Notes under the pieces: generated by a model
Told to the model about the DNA's origin: nothing
The model's input: the letters and a program-made list of their open reading frames with translations, nothing else
The model's database searches: none
Shown here: piece after piece, positions 7,974-17,490 of the stretch
Layout: each line of letters begins with the position of its first letter
Numbering within the stretch: position 1 is the first letter of the stretch
Assembly (NCBI RefSeq): GCF_010501065.1
Contig: NZ_QVMM01000001.1
Span: forward strand, 109,083-173,082
Direction of reading: 5' to 3'
Length of the DNA: 64,000 nucleotides
Source of the DNA: Dysgonomonas sp. 216
GTDB lineage: Bacteria > Bacteroidota > Bacteroidia > Bacteroidales > Dysgonomonadaceae
Program-made: the position numbers and the translations under genes

Positions 7974-10031
7974 ATGAAAGTTTGCATAGCCGAAAAGCCA
8001 AGTGTTGCTCGCGAAATTGCCAATATTTTGGGTGCTAAAACCCGGAAGGATGGGTATTTCGAAGGTAACGGCTATCAGGTAACATGGACTTTCGGACATT
8101 TTTGTACCCTAAAAGAACCTCACGAATATTACACCGAATGGAAACAATGGTCGTTGGCTTATTTACCAATGATACCTCCTCGTTTTGGCATAAAATTAAT
8201 AGACGACAGTGGCGTTGCAAAACAATTTGCAGTGATAGAAGAGTTGATATCGAAAGCCGAAGAAGTCATAAATTGCGGTGATGCGGGTCAAGAAGGAGAA
8301 CTAATTCAACGTTGGGTTATGCAAAAGGCTGCATGTAACGTTCCGGTAAAACGGCTATGGATATCTTCACTTACCGAAGATGCGATAAGAGAAGGATTTG
8401 AAAAACTCAGGGAGCAAGACGAGTTCAACAGCCTGTACGAAGCCGGGCTGGCTCGTGCTATTGGAGATTGGTTATTAGGAATGAATGCGACGCGCCTTTA
8501 TACTATAAAATATGGGCAAAACAAATCGGTGTTATCCATCGGGCGAGTACAAACCCCAACTCTGGCGTTAATAGTAAACCGACAGCTCGAAATAGAAAAC
8601 TTCAAGCCCGAACCATACTGGGAGCTAAAAACAACTTATCGCGATGTAATCTTTTCTGTAACAAAAGGTAAATTCACCACACAGGAAGAAGGTTTGGAAT
8701 TTCTTGAAAAAATCAAAGAATCGAACTTTGAAATTACCGACATAACTACTAAAAAAGGAGAAGAAGCTCCTCCTCGCCTATTCGACCTGACAGCACTACA
8801 GGTTGAATGTAACAAGAAATTCGGTTTTTCGGCAGAAGACACATTAAAGCTTATTCAAACACTATACGAAAAAAAGCTAACTACCTACCCTCGTGTAGAC
8901 ACCACTTATCTTAGCGACGACATTTATCCCAAAGTGCCCAACACTTTAAGGGGACTAGCCGGATACGAAAATCTTGTAACTCCTATACTGGCAAGCAAAA
9001 TAAAAAAATCGAAAAAAGTATTTGACAACAGTAAGGTTACAGATCACCACGCCATAATCCCTACGGGCGTAAGAGCCAATAATCTGGCAGGAAACGAAAG
9101 GCTTGTATACGATCTTATTGCACGCCGATTTATAGCTGTATTTTATCCGAACTGCATATTTTCGACAACCACAGTATTGGGCGAAGCAAACAAAGTTGAA
9201 TTTAAAGCAACAGGAAAACAGATATTAGATGCCGGATGGCGTGTTGTTTTCGAGAAGCAAACCAACCAACAGGAAGAAAAAGAAGAGAACGATAAGGAAA
9301 ATATACTACCCGAATTTGTAAAAGGAGAACAAGGTCCTCACGAACCATCTTTAGCCGAAAAATGGACTCAACCACCTAAACTATATACAGAAGCTACTCT
9401 GCTGAGAGCAATGGAAACAGCAGGAAAACTGGTAGATAACGACGAACTTCGGGATGCGCTAAAAGAAAACGGCATAGGCAGGCCATCGACCCGTGCCGCT
9501 ATTATCGAAACGTTGTTTAAACGCAACTATATACGGAAAGAGCGAAAAAACCTGACAGCAACCATTACCGGAATACAATTGATTACTACAATTCAGGAAG
9601 AGCTTCTCAAATCGGCTGAATTAACAGGATTGTGGGAAAAAAAACTGCGCCAGATAGAAAAAAAAGAATACGAGCCCAAGCTGTTTATAAACGAGCTCAA
9701 AGAAATGGTTTCGACAGTAGTTCACAATGTTAAAAACGACTGGAATTACAAGGCTATAACCATAGAAGACAAGGAAGCCCCGAAAGCTGAAAAGAAAGAA
9801 ACCAAAAAGAAAGAGAAGAGCGAAAAAAAGCCATCCTCTCCTCGTAAAAAGAAAGAGAAGAAACTTATATGCCCCGTTTGTAAAACAGGTAACATCATAA
9901 AAGGGAAAACAGCCTACGGTTGTTCCAATTGGAAAACAGGATGCCAGTTTCGCCTGACTTTCGAACAGGCAGGAGGAGACAACCTTTCGGACGAAGCCTT
10001 ATACGAGGTTCTGAAAAATTACAACGCATAA
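7974..10031 (+). CDS. topB: DNA topoisomerase III (type IA)
   Basis: TOPRIM N-terminus MKVCIAEKPSVAREIANILGA, a Topo IA core with GRVQTPTLALIV, a C-terminal K/E-rich linker and the zinc ribbon CPVCKTGNIIKGKTAYGCSNWKTGCQFRL. Confidence 0.9.
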   Translation: MKVCIAEKPSVAREIANILGAKTRKDGYFEGNGYQVTWTFGHFCTLKEPHEYYTEWKQWSLAYLPMIPPRFGIKLIDDSGVAKQFAVIEELISKAEEVINCGDAGQEGELIQRWVMQKAACNVPVKRLWISSLTEDAIREGFEKLREQDEFNSLYEAGLARAIGDWLLGMNATRLYTIKYGQNKSVLSIGRVQTPTLALIVNRQLEIENFKPEPYWELKTTYRDVIFSVTKGKFTTQEEGLEFLEKIKESNFEITDITTKKGEEAPPRLFDLTALQVECNKKFGFSAEDTLKLIQTLYEKKLTTYPRVDTTYLSDDIYPKVPNTLRGLAGYENLVTPILASKIKKSKKVFDNSKVTDHHAIIPTGVRANNLAGNERLVYDLIARRFIAVFYPNCIFSTTTVLGEANKVEFKATGKQILDAGWRVVFEKQTNQQEEKEENDKENILPEFVKGEQGPHEPSLAEKWTQPPKLYTEATLLRAMETAGKLVDNDELRDALKENGIGRPSTRAAIIETLFKRNYIRKERKNLTATITGIQLITTIQEELLKSAELTGLWEKKLRQIEKKEYEPKLFINELKEMVSTVVHNVKNDWNYKAITIEDKEAPKAEKKETKKKEKSEKKPSSPRKKKEKKLICPVCKTGNIIKGKTAYGCSNWKTGCQFRLTFEQAGGDNLSDEALYEVLKNYNA

Positions 10032-10138
10032 AGAATTCAGTTCAAAAAAAAGAAAAAGAATATTACAGCCGTATACGGCAGTAAAGTTCTTCTTCCTTCT
10101 TCTAAAAATAAAATAAGTTTAAACCTAAAACAAAAGAT

Positions 10139-10420
10139 TTAACTAGCGATGAGATGATTATATTCGGGATGTCGCTTAACATAAGCTTTTGTATATGAAC
10201 ATAATGGCCGCACCTTTACCGACCGCTTTTGTGCATATTCAAATACCGCTTTTGTAAGTGCAGCGGCAATTCCACGCCCCTCCAATTCCCTTGGAACCCG
10301 CGTGTGTGTCACCAAAATCTCACCATTCTCGTCTTGCGTGTAATTCACAATTGAAACCTCGTTGTTAATGATAGCTTCAAATCTACTTTTAACTTCGTTG
10401 TGTTCTACTAAATAATTCAT
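10139..10420 (-). CDS. small GNAT-family N-acetyltransferase (YjdJ-like, ~94 aa)
   Basis: MNYLVEHNEVKSRFEAIINNEVSIVNYTQDENGEILVTHTRVPRELEGRGIAAALTKAVFEYAQKRSVKVRPLCSY contains an R/Q-x-x-G-x-G/A acetyl-CoA motif (LEGRGIA). An internal ATG is the more plausible start than the track's upstream start. Confidence 0.6.
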   Translation of the reverse strand: MNYLVEHNEVKSRFEAIINNEVSIVNYTQDENGEILVTHTRVPRELEGRGIAAALTKAVFEYAQKRSVKVRPLCSYTKAYVKRHPEYNHLIAS

Positions 10421-10614
10421 AATGTGTGAATCAATTAAATTGATTATTCTTAAACCTAAACAAAACAACAATAACTTTGTTCGAACTTTTTTAGAAACCT
10501 AACATTTAAAAGGTATAATTCACACCATACTCAGCTTTTAAAGTTTAATGGTGTTAAGATATGAAATATAAATGAGTTTCTCACTATATTTGTAGCCTAA
10601 TAATTATTAAAAAG

Positions 10615-11394
10615 ATGGGAAAAAACAAATTGATGAAGTTTGCAAGCATGGAGCAATACCCTCATGTATTCCAATATCCATTTTCGGCACTACAAGAAAA
10701 AGGATTTGAAATGAAGGGACGTTGGAACGAGCTCTTCTTCAAAAACAATAATCCTATAGTTCTCGAATTAGGATGCGGAAAAGGAGAATATACTGTAGGG
10801 CTGGCTCGCTTATATCCTGATAAAAACTTTATAGGAATAGACATAAAAGGAGCCCGAATGTTTACAGGTGCAACCCAATCGTTAAACGAAGGATTAAGAA
10901 ATGTCGCCTTTTTACGAACCCATATCGAACTGATTTCCCATTTTTTTGCAGCCGGCGAGGTTGATGAAATATGGATAACGTTCCCCGATCCTCAAATGAC
11001 ACGCGTTAACAAACGTATGACATCAACACGTTTCATGAAATTATATGCCAATCTGTTAAAACCTCAAGGTATAATCCATCTCAAGTCGGATAGCAACTTT
11101 ATGTTTATCTATACAATGGCAATGGTTAAAGAAAACAACCTGCCCATTTTATTCGAAACAGACGATCTTTACCACTCTGGATATATTGATGACATCCTTA
11201 AAATACAAACGTTTTACGAACAACAATGGTTAGCGCGAGGTTTGAATATAAAATACATAAAATTCGGGTTCGAGAACAAAAAGGAGTGGATAGAACCTGA
11301 TATAGAAATTGAACAGGATTCTTATCGTAGCTACGGGCGGGAAAACTTCCAGACACTGGATAAAAAAAGAGCCGAAATGAATAAAAAACAATAA
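10615..11394 (+). CDS. trmB: tRNA (guanine46-N7)-methyltransferase
   Basis: [33 protein letters not shown]...[20 protein letters not shown] is the TrmB SAM-binding and catalytic pattern. Confidence 0.85.
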   Translation: MGKNKLMKFASMEQYPHVFQYPFSALQEKGFEMKGRWNELFFKNNNPIVLELGCGKGEYTVGLARLYPDKNFIGIDIKGARMFTGATQSLNEGLRNVAFLRTHIELISHFFAAGEVDEIWITFPDPQMTRVNKRMTSTRFMKLYANLLKPQGIIHLKSDSNFMFIYTMAMVKENNLPILFETDDLYHSGYIDDILKIQTFYEQQWLARGLNIKYIKFGFENKKEWIEPDIEIEQDSYRSYGRENFQTLDKKRAEMNKKQ

Positions 11395-11408
11395 AACGAA
11401 GAATAGAA

Positions 11409-12521
11409 ATGATAAAATTATATCCTAATTTAATTCTTGATGCATTACGCAACGTTCGCTACCCGGGAACAGGCAAAGACATTGTAGAAATGGGTATTGT
11501 ATCGGACGACATTCGAATTGACGGAATGAAAGTTTCATTTTCGATGCTATTCGACAAACCCAACGATCCGTTTATAAAATCGGTTGTAAAAGCTGCCGAA
11601 ACAGCTATATTAACATACGTAAGCCCTGACGTTCTGATAAAAGATAACATTGAAATATTAACAAAAGAACAAGTTAAGGCTGAACCTCCGCGCATGCTGC
11701 CCGACGTAAAAAATATAATCGCAATTTCGTCAGGAAAAGGAGGTGTAGGAAAAAGCACCGTTGCTGTAAACATCGCCGTTACTTTAGCCCGTAAAGGATA
11801 TAAAGTAGGTTTACTTGATGCTGATATATTCGGCCCATCATTACCTAAAATGTTTGGGGAGGAAGATGCACGCCCCATGCTGGAAGCAGTTAACGGAAAA
11901 GAGCTTATTACACCCGTAAATAAATATGGCGTAAAAATGCTTTCCATCGGTTTTTTCGTCAACAAAGACGACGCAATTGTGTGGCGTGGCGCAATGGCCG
12001 GAAATGCTCTTAAACAACTGATCGGAGAAGGAAACTGGGGCGAACTCGATTATTTTCTGATCGATTTTCCGCCGGGAACCAGCGACATTCATCTCACATT
12101 AGTACAAACGCTAGGCATAACAGGAGCCGTTGTAGTAAGTACTCCGCAAGACGTAGCTTTAGCCGATGCCAGAAAAGGGATAAACATGTTTACAAACGAA
12201 AAGGTTAACATACCTATACTCGGACTTGTTGAAAACATGTCGTGGTTTACACCTGCCGAATTACCTGAAAACAAATATTACATTTTCGGGAAAGACGGAG
12301 CAAAAAAGTTAGCCGAAGAAATGAATGTTCCCTTATTGGGACAAATACCCATAGTACAAAGCATTCGCGAAGGAGGCGACGAAGGCAAACCTGTTGCCCT
12401 TAACGAAAATTCTATAACGGGTATGGCTTTCGATACATTAGTAGATAATTTCATAACCTCTGTTGATAAACGAAACGCAGAACTTGAACCAACTAAAAAA
12501 GTAGACATTAGCAAAAAATAA
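11409..12521 (+). CDS. apbC: Mrp/NBP35-family iron-sulfur cluster carrier ATPase (ApbC-like)
   Basis: An N-terminal DUF59-like domain followed by the deviant Walker A motif [41 protein letters not shown]. Confidence 0.85.
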   Translation: MIKLYPNLILDALRNVRYPGTGKDIVEMGIVSDDIRIDGMKVSFSMLFDKPNDPFIKSVVKAAETAILTYVSPDVLIKDNIEILTKEQVKAEPPRMLPDVKNIIAISSGKGGVGKSTVAVNIAVTLARKGYKVGLLDADIFGPSLPKMFGEEDARPMLEAVNGKELITPVNKYGVKMLSIGFFVNKDDAIVWRGAMAGNALKQLIGEGNWGELDYFLIDFPPGTSDIHLTLVQTLGITGAVVVSTPQDVALADARKGINMFTNEKVNIPILGLVENMSWFTPAELPENKYYIFGKDGAKKLAEEMNVPLLGQIPIVQSIREGGDEGKPVALNENSITGMAFDTLVDNFITSVDKRNAELEPTKKVDISKK

Positions 12522-13120
12522 TGCTGGAACTCTCTTTATATCCCGATTTAATTGAGGCCGGATGCGACGAAGCCGGACGGGGCTGTCTTGCCGGACCGGT
12601 TTTTGCCGCGGCAGTAATACTCCCTTCCGATTTTATTTGCGAAGCACTAAACGATTCGAAGCAATTGTCGGAAAAAAAGCGATACGAACTCCGCCCTTAC
12701 ATAGAAGAAAAAGCATTAGCTTGGGCTGTTGGCATTGTAACACACGAAGAGATTGACAAAATAAACATTCTGAATGCTTCTTTTTTGGCTATGCACAGGG
12801 CTGTAGAAGCTCTGAAAATACGCCCCCAGCATTTACTCATAGACGGTAACAGGTTTAAAAAATTTGAAGATATACCCCATACCTGCATTGTAAAAGGAGA
12901 CGGGAAACTTCTTCCAATAGCCGCAGCATCTGTGTTAGCTAAAACGTACAGAGACGATTATATGCTGGCAATACATAAAGAATATCCAATGTATGATTGG
13001 AACAAAAACAAAGGATACCCAACCCTAAAACATCGAAATGCAATTGCAAAATTCGACATTTGTTCATATCACAGAAAAAGTTTTAATTTGAAAGATAACC
13101 AATTAAGCATTGATTTTTAA
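12521..13120 (+). CDS. rnhB: ribonuclease HII
   Basis: [21 protein letters not shown] contains the DEAGRG active-site motif. Its ATG overlaps the apbC stop as TAATG. Confidence 0.9.
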   Translation: MLELSLYPDLIEAGCDEAGRGCLAGPVFAAAVILPSDFICEALNDSKQLSEKKRYELRPYIEEKALAWAVGIVTHEEIDKINILNASFLAMHRAVEALKIRPQHLLIDGNRFKKFEDIPHTCIVKGDGKLLPIAAASVLAKTYRDDYMLAIHKEYPMYDWNKNKGYPTLKHRNAIAKFDICSYHRKSFNLKDNQLSIDF

Positions 13121-13269
13121 CAAAAAAAGCTAAATTTAGAACCTGTTTTTTATGCTGTTATACGGATTTTACCTTACCTTTGCCATCTGGTTGTTGGTTA
13201 AACAAATAGTCCTAACACAAAATAAAAGGAAAATCATAATAATTACACTCATAGAGTTTCTTTATAACT

Positions 13270-14613
13270 ATGAAATTAAATGCCCTGACCGCCGTTTCAC
13301 CTATAGACGGACGCTACCATAGCAAGACTGCAGTGTTTGCAGAGTATTTTTCAGAATATGCATTAATCAAGTATCGGGTAAAAGTTGAGATTGAATATTT
13401 CATCGCTTTATGTGAGTTGCCCTTACCCCAACTTAAAAGCATTGACAGTAAAATATTCCCGGAGTTACAAAACATTGTGACCAACTTCTCGGAAGCCGAT
13501 GCTCAACACATAAAAGAAATAGAAAGCATTACTAATCACGACGTTAAGGCTGTCGAATACTTTATCAAGGAAAAGTTTGATGCCCTTAACCTTGAGCCAT
13601 ATAAGGAGTTCATCCATTTTGGACTTACATCACAAGATATAAACAACACATCAATTCCTTTATCTATAAAGGATGCGTTAAACGAGCAATATTATCCAAT
13701 GCTCGAATCTCTTATCTCCAACTTAAGAGATAAAGCCTATGAATGGAAAGATGTTTCTATGTTGGCAAAAACGCATGGACAACCAGCGTCTCCCACACGT
13801 TTAGGTAAAGAGATCATGGTGTTTGTCAGCCGATTAGAGAATCAATTAGAGCTATTAAAGCAAGCACCTCATTCAGCTAAATTCGGAGGTGCCACAGGTA
13901 ACTATAATGCTCATAATATAGCATACCCCGAATACGATTGGAAATCGTTCGGTAATAAATTCGTTAGTGAAAAACTAGGATTGGTTAGAGAAGAATGGAC
14001 TACTCAAATCTCAAATTACGATAATCTGGCTGCTGTGTTTGATGGGTTGAAACGTATCAATACCATTATGATAGACCTCAATCGCGATTTCTGGCAATAC
14101 ATCTCGATGGAGTACTTTAAACAGAAAATCAAAGAAGGAGAAATTGGGTCGTCGGCTATGCCACACAAAGTAAATCCTATCGACTTTGAAAATGCAGAAG
14201 GAAACTTAGGTATAGCAAATGCTATATTAGAACATTTGTCATCGAAGCTTCCCATTTCGCGTTTGCAACGAGATTTGACTGACTCTACAGTATTGAGAAA
14301 TGTTGGTGTTCCAATGGGACACATAGCTATAGCATTGCAAAGCACATTAAAAGGATTAAGCAAATTGTTACTAAACAAAAAAGCATTAGAGAAAGATCTG
14401 GACGACTGTTGGGCTGTTGTGGCCGAAGGCATTCAAACAATCCTTCGCCGCGAAGGTTATCCAAAACCCTACGAAGCTTTAAAGAATCTGACAAGAACAA
14501 ATGAAGCTATAACAGAAAAATCTATTGCCGATTTTATCGACACACTTGATGTTAACGATGCAGTAAAAGCCGAATTAAAGAAAATTACTCCTCATTCGTA
14601 TACAGGAGTCTAA
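13270..14613 (+). CDS. purB: adenylosuccinate lyase
   Basis: MKLNALTAVSPIDGRYHSKTAVFAEYFSEYALIKYRVKVEIEYFIAL...GSSAMPHKVNPIDFENAEGN carries the fumarate-lyase signature SSxMPxKxN. Confidence 0.9.
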   Translation: MKLNALTAVSPIDGRYHSKTAVFAEYFSEYALIKYRVKVEIEYFIALCELPLPQLKSIDSKIFPELQNIVTNFSEADAQHIKEIESITNHDVKAVEYFIKEKFDALNLEPYKEFIHFGLTSQDINNTSIPLSIKDALNEQYYPMLESLISNLRDKAYEWKDVSMLAKTHGQPASPTRLGKEIMVFVSRLENQLELLKQAPHSAKFGGATGNYNAHNIAYPEYDWKSFGNKFVSEKLGLVREEWTTQISNYDNLAAVFDGLKRINTIMIDLNRDFWQYISMEYFKQKIKEGEIGSSAMPHKVNPIDFENAEGNLGIANAILEHLSSKLPISRLQRDLTDSTVLRNVGVPMGHIAIALQSTLKGLSKLLLNKKALEKDLDDCWAVVAEGIQTILRREGYPKPYEALKNLTRTNEAITEKSIADFIDTLDVNDAVKAELKKITPHSYTGV

Positions 14614-14624
14614 ACACGACATTA

Positions 14625-14641
14625 GCCGTGAGGGCTAAATA
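14625..14641 (+). terminator. small GNRA-type hairpin after purB
   Basis: TTAGCC-GTGA-GGGCTAA, a 6-bp stem with a GTGA tetraloop. There is no clear T-run. Confidence 0.25.
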
Positions 14642-14726
14642 CATATGACTTTGTACTATAATAAACAGTTGGTATTATAGTTATTTAGGTTCAATAATAT
14701 TAATATTTTAATCGACACAAGAAAAA

Positions 14727-15941
14727 ATGATTACAAACAGAGATGATTTTCGCTCTCAAAGAGGAAGTGAAAGCCGGGATGGTAATTCATCGTCAGGTAC
14801 AGGAAAAACACAAGATGGAGCAAGAAAAAAACGCCCAAGAGTAGGCGACACACGCATATCCACTGGAAGAGTTGGGTCAAGTAACAACGATTCGAGACGC
14901 AGCAGTAACAGTGGCAATTCAGACACCAGAGAATACCGCAGCAACAACAACTCGGGTTACAGAGATGGTAATAGCTCTGGAGGATATAGAGATAATAACG
15001 GAGAAAGAAGAAGCAATTCCGGCAATTCATCTTACAACAGACGAGGAAACAGTAACAACCGTCAAGGAGGGGGATATGGAAATAGCAATCGTCAACAGGG
15101 GGGAGGCTATAACAATAACCGCCGCCAACCGTCAGTAAACGCAGACGGAACACCTCGTAAAGTGTTCAACAGACAAAAGTCGTTGGTTAAACCTGTTAAG
15201 TACAAAGAGAATATTGATCCAAATACGCCTCTTCGTCTAAATAAATATCTGGCAAATGCAGGTGTTTGTTCTCGTCGTGAGGCTGACACATACATTTCAT
15301 CGGGAGTTGTAAAAGTAAACGGTGTAGTTGTTTCTGAGTTAGGGGCAAAAGTTACACGCGGCGATATCGTTACATTCCACGATCAACCTGTTACATTGGA
15401 AAGTAAAATATACGTGCTTCTTAACAAGCCCAAAAATACGGTAACAACTTCCGACGATCCTCAGAACCGTAAAACAGTAATGGATCTGGTAAAGAATGCT
15501 TGTTCCGAACGCATTTATCCTGTCGGCAGACTCGACAGAAATACTACCGGGGTTCTATTATTGACAAATGACGGAGATCTGGCTTCGAAACTAATGCACC
15601 CCAAATTTAAAAAGAAGAAAATATATCAGGTAAAACTAGACCGCGATGTAGCAATAGAGGATATGCAAACAATTGCCGATGGTGTAGATCTTGATGACGG
15701 AGAAATACATGCCGATTCTATCGCCTATGTAGCCGAAGATGTTCTTGACGAGGTTGGTATAGAAATACACTCGGGTCGGAACCGCGTTGTACGCCGTATT
15801 TTCGAAAAGCTTGGCTATCAGGTAATGAAACTAGACCGAGTATATTTTGCAGGTCTAACAAAAAAGAACCTGCCCAGAGGAAGATGGAGATATCTTACCG
15901 AATCGGAAGTAAACATGCTTCGGATGGGAGCTTACGAGTAA
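14727..15941 (+). CDS. rluB: pseudouridine synthase, RluB/RsuA family, with a ~150-aa low-complexity N-terminal extension
   Basis: The C-terminal two-thirds reads LRLNKYLANAGVCSRREADTYISSGVVKVNG (S4 domain) and VGRLDRNTTGVLLLTNDGDLASKLMHPKF (catalytic Asp motif). The N-terminal part is rich in R, G, S and N (SNNDSRRSSNSGNSDTREYRSNNNSGYRDGNSSGGYRDNNGERR...QGGGYGNSNRQQGGGYNNNRRQ). There is no ATG between codon 1 and the S4 domain. Confidence 0.75.
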   Translation: MITNRDDFRSQRGSESRDGNSSSGTGKTQDGARKKRPRVGDTRISTGRVGSSNNDSRRSSNSGNSDTREYRSNNNSGYRDGNSSGGYRDNNGERRSNSGNSSYNRRGNSNNRQGGGYGNSNRQQGGGYNNNRRQPSVNADGTPRKVFNRQKSLVKPVKYKENIDPNTPLRLNKYLANAGVCSRREADTYISSGVVKVNGVVVSELGAKVTRGDIVTFHDQPVTLESKIYVLLNKPKNTVTTSDDPQNRKTVMDLVKNACSERIYPVGRLDRNTTGVLLLTNDGDLASKLMHPKFKKKKIYQVKLDRDVAIEDMQTIADGVDLDDGEIHADSIAYVAEDVLDEVGIEIHSGRNRVVRRIFEKLGYQVMKLDRVYFAGLTKKNLPRGRWRYLTESEVNMLRMGAYE

Positions 15942-16019
15942 AACTCTAATAGTATAATAGCCAAAGGGTAAGCATCTATAATTACTGATTATTAACTTGT
16001 TGATATAATAAAATTTATA

Positions 16020-17417
16020 ATGGAAACAATTCGTAGAACTAAAATTTCAGATTTGCTCCAACGTGAAGATTTTGGAGCCACAATAAGCGTTAAGGGATGG
16101 GTAAGAACTCGCCGGGGTAACAAAAATGTAAACTTCATTAATCTTAACGATGGTTCTACTATAAATAATATACAGATAGTTGTGGATCTAGCTTCTTTCA
16201 GCGAAGACCATCTGAAAGTCATTACAACAGGTTCATGCATACATGTAATCGGAACTCTAGTCGAATCGCAAGGTCAAGGACAAAAGGGCGAAATTCAGGC
16301 CAAAGAAATCGAGATATATGGCACTGCCGACCCTGCAACATATCCTTTACAGAAGAAGGGACATTCGCTTGAATTCTTGCGGGAAATAGCACACTTACGT
16401 CCACGGACAAATACTTTCGGAGCAATTTTCCGTATGCGTCACCATATGTCTTTTGCTATTCATAAGTATTTTAACGATAAAGGGTTCTATTATTTACATA
16501 CACCTATAATCACTGCTTCGGATGCAGAAGGTGCAGGAGCTATGTTTCAGGCTACGACCCTAAATTTAAACAATATACCTCGCACCGAAGAAGGTAAGAT
16601 CAACTATACAGAGGATTTTTTCGGACGACAAACAAATTTAACTGTATCGGGGCAGTTAGAAGGTGAACTTGGTGCAATGGCATTAGGCGGAGTGTATACT
16701 TTTGGGCCTACTTTCCGTGCCGAAAACTCAAACACCCCTCGTCACCTTGCTGAATTCTGGATGATTGAACCGGAGGTTGCATTTTACGACATCCATGATA
16801 ACATGGATTTGGCTGAAGATTTCCTTAAGTATCTTATCCGATATGCATTAGACAACTGTAAAGACGACATTCAATTCCTTAATGATATGTTCGACAAAGA
16901 ACTGGTTGAAAGATTGAACTTTGTTGTTGCAAACGATTTTGTTCGTCTGACATACACAGAAGGAGTTAAGATACTGGAAGAAAGTGGAGCCAAATTCGAA
17001 TTTCCCGTATACTGGGGAGCAGACCTTCAATCGGAACATGAACGCTATTTAGTTGAAAACCATTTTAAACGTCCTGTTATACTGACTGATTATCCAAAAG
17101 AAATCAAGTCGTTCTATATGAAACAAAACGAGGATGGAAAAACGGTTCGTGGAATGGATGTGCTATTTCCGAAAATTGGAGAAATCATCGGAGGTTCGGA
17201 ACGTGAAGCAGATTATGACAAACTTACCAAGCACATGGAAAGTCTGGGCATGGACATAAATACCCTTTGGTGGTATCTCGACACTCGCCGATTCGGAACC
17301 GCACCTCATGCCGGCTTCGGGTTAGGATTTGAGCGTCTAATGTTATTTGTTACGGGCATGGCAAACATCAGAGATGTTATACCATTCCCCCGCACACCTA
17401 ATAATGCTGAATTTTAA
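16020..17417 (+). CDS. asnS: asparagine--tRNA ligase
   Basis: The N-terminal OB domain reads [25 protein letters not shown]. The class II core has [21 protein letters not shown] and [12 protein letters not shown]. Confidence 0.9.
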   Translation: METIRRTKISDLLQREDFGATISVKGWVRTRRGNKNVNFINLNDGSTINNIQIVVDLASFSEDHLKVITTGSCIHVIGTLVESQGQGQKGEIQAKEIEIYGTADPATYPLQKKGHSLEFLREIAHLRPRTNTFGAIFRMRHHMSFAIHKYFNDKGFYYLHTPIITASDAEGAGAMFQATTLNLNNIPRTEEGKINYTEDFFGRQTNLTVSGQLEGELGAMALGGVYTFGPTFRAENSNTPRHLAEFWMIEPEVAFYDIHDNMDLAEDFLKYLIRYALDNCKDDIQFLNDMFDKELVERLNFVVANDFVRLTYTEGVKILEESGAKFEFPVYWGADLQSEHERYLVENHFKRPVILTDYPKEIKSFYMKQNEDGKTVRGMDVLFPKIGEIIGGSEREADYDKLTKHMESLGMDINTLWWYLDTRRFGTAPHAGFGLGFERLMLFVTGMANIRDVIPFPRTPNNAEF

Positions 17418-17441
17418 TATCATTCATCGAAATCATATAAT

Positions 17442-17469
17442 AAAAGGTCACAAATTTTGTGACCTTTTT
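17442..17469. terminator. bidirectional rho-independent terminator between convergent asnS and malQ
   Basis: A near-perfect palindrome AAAAGGTCACAAATTTTGTGACCTTTTT. The GC stem GGTCAC/GTGACC is flanked by a T-run on both strands. Confidence 0.65.
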
Positions 17470-17490
17470 ACTTTATCATAAAGTCAAAGA

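Noticed and set aside
14731-15153. A 140-aa antisense ORF and other-frame ORFs over the 5' part of the rluB-like gene.
   Set aside because: Same compositional artefact. They are Cys/Leu/Tyr-rich nonsense translations of the repeat DNA.
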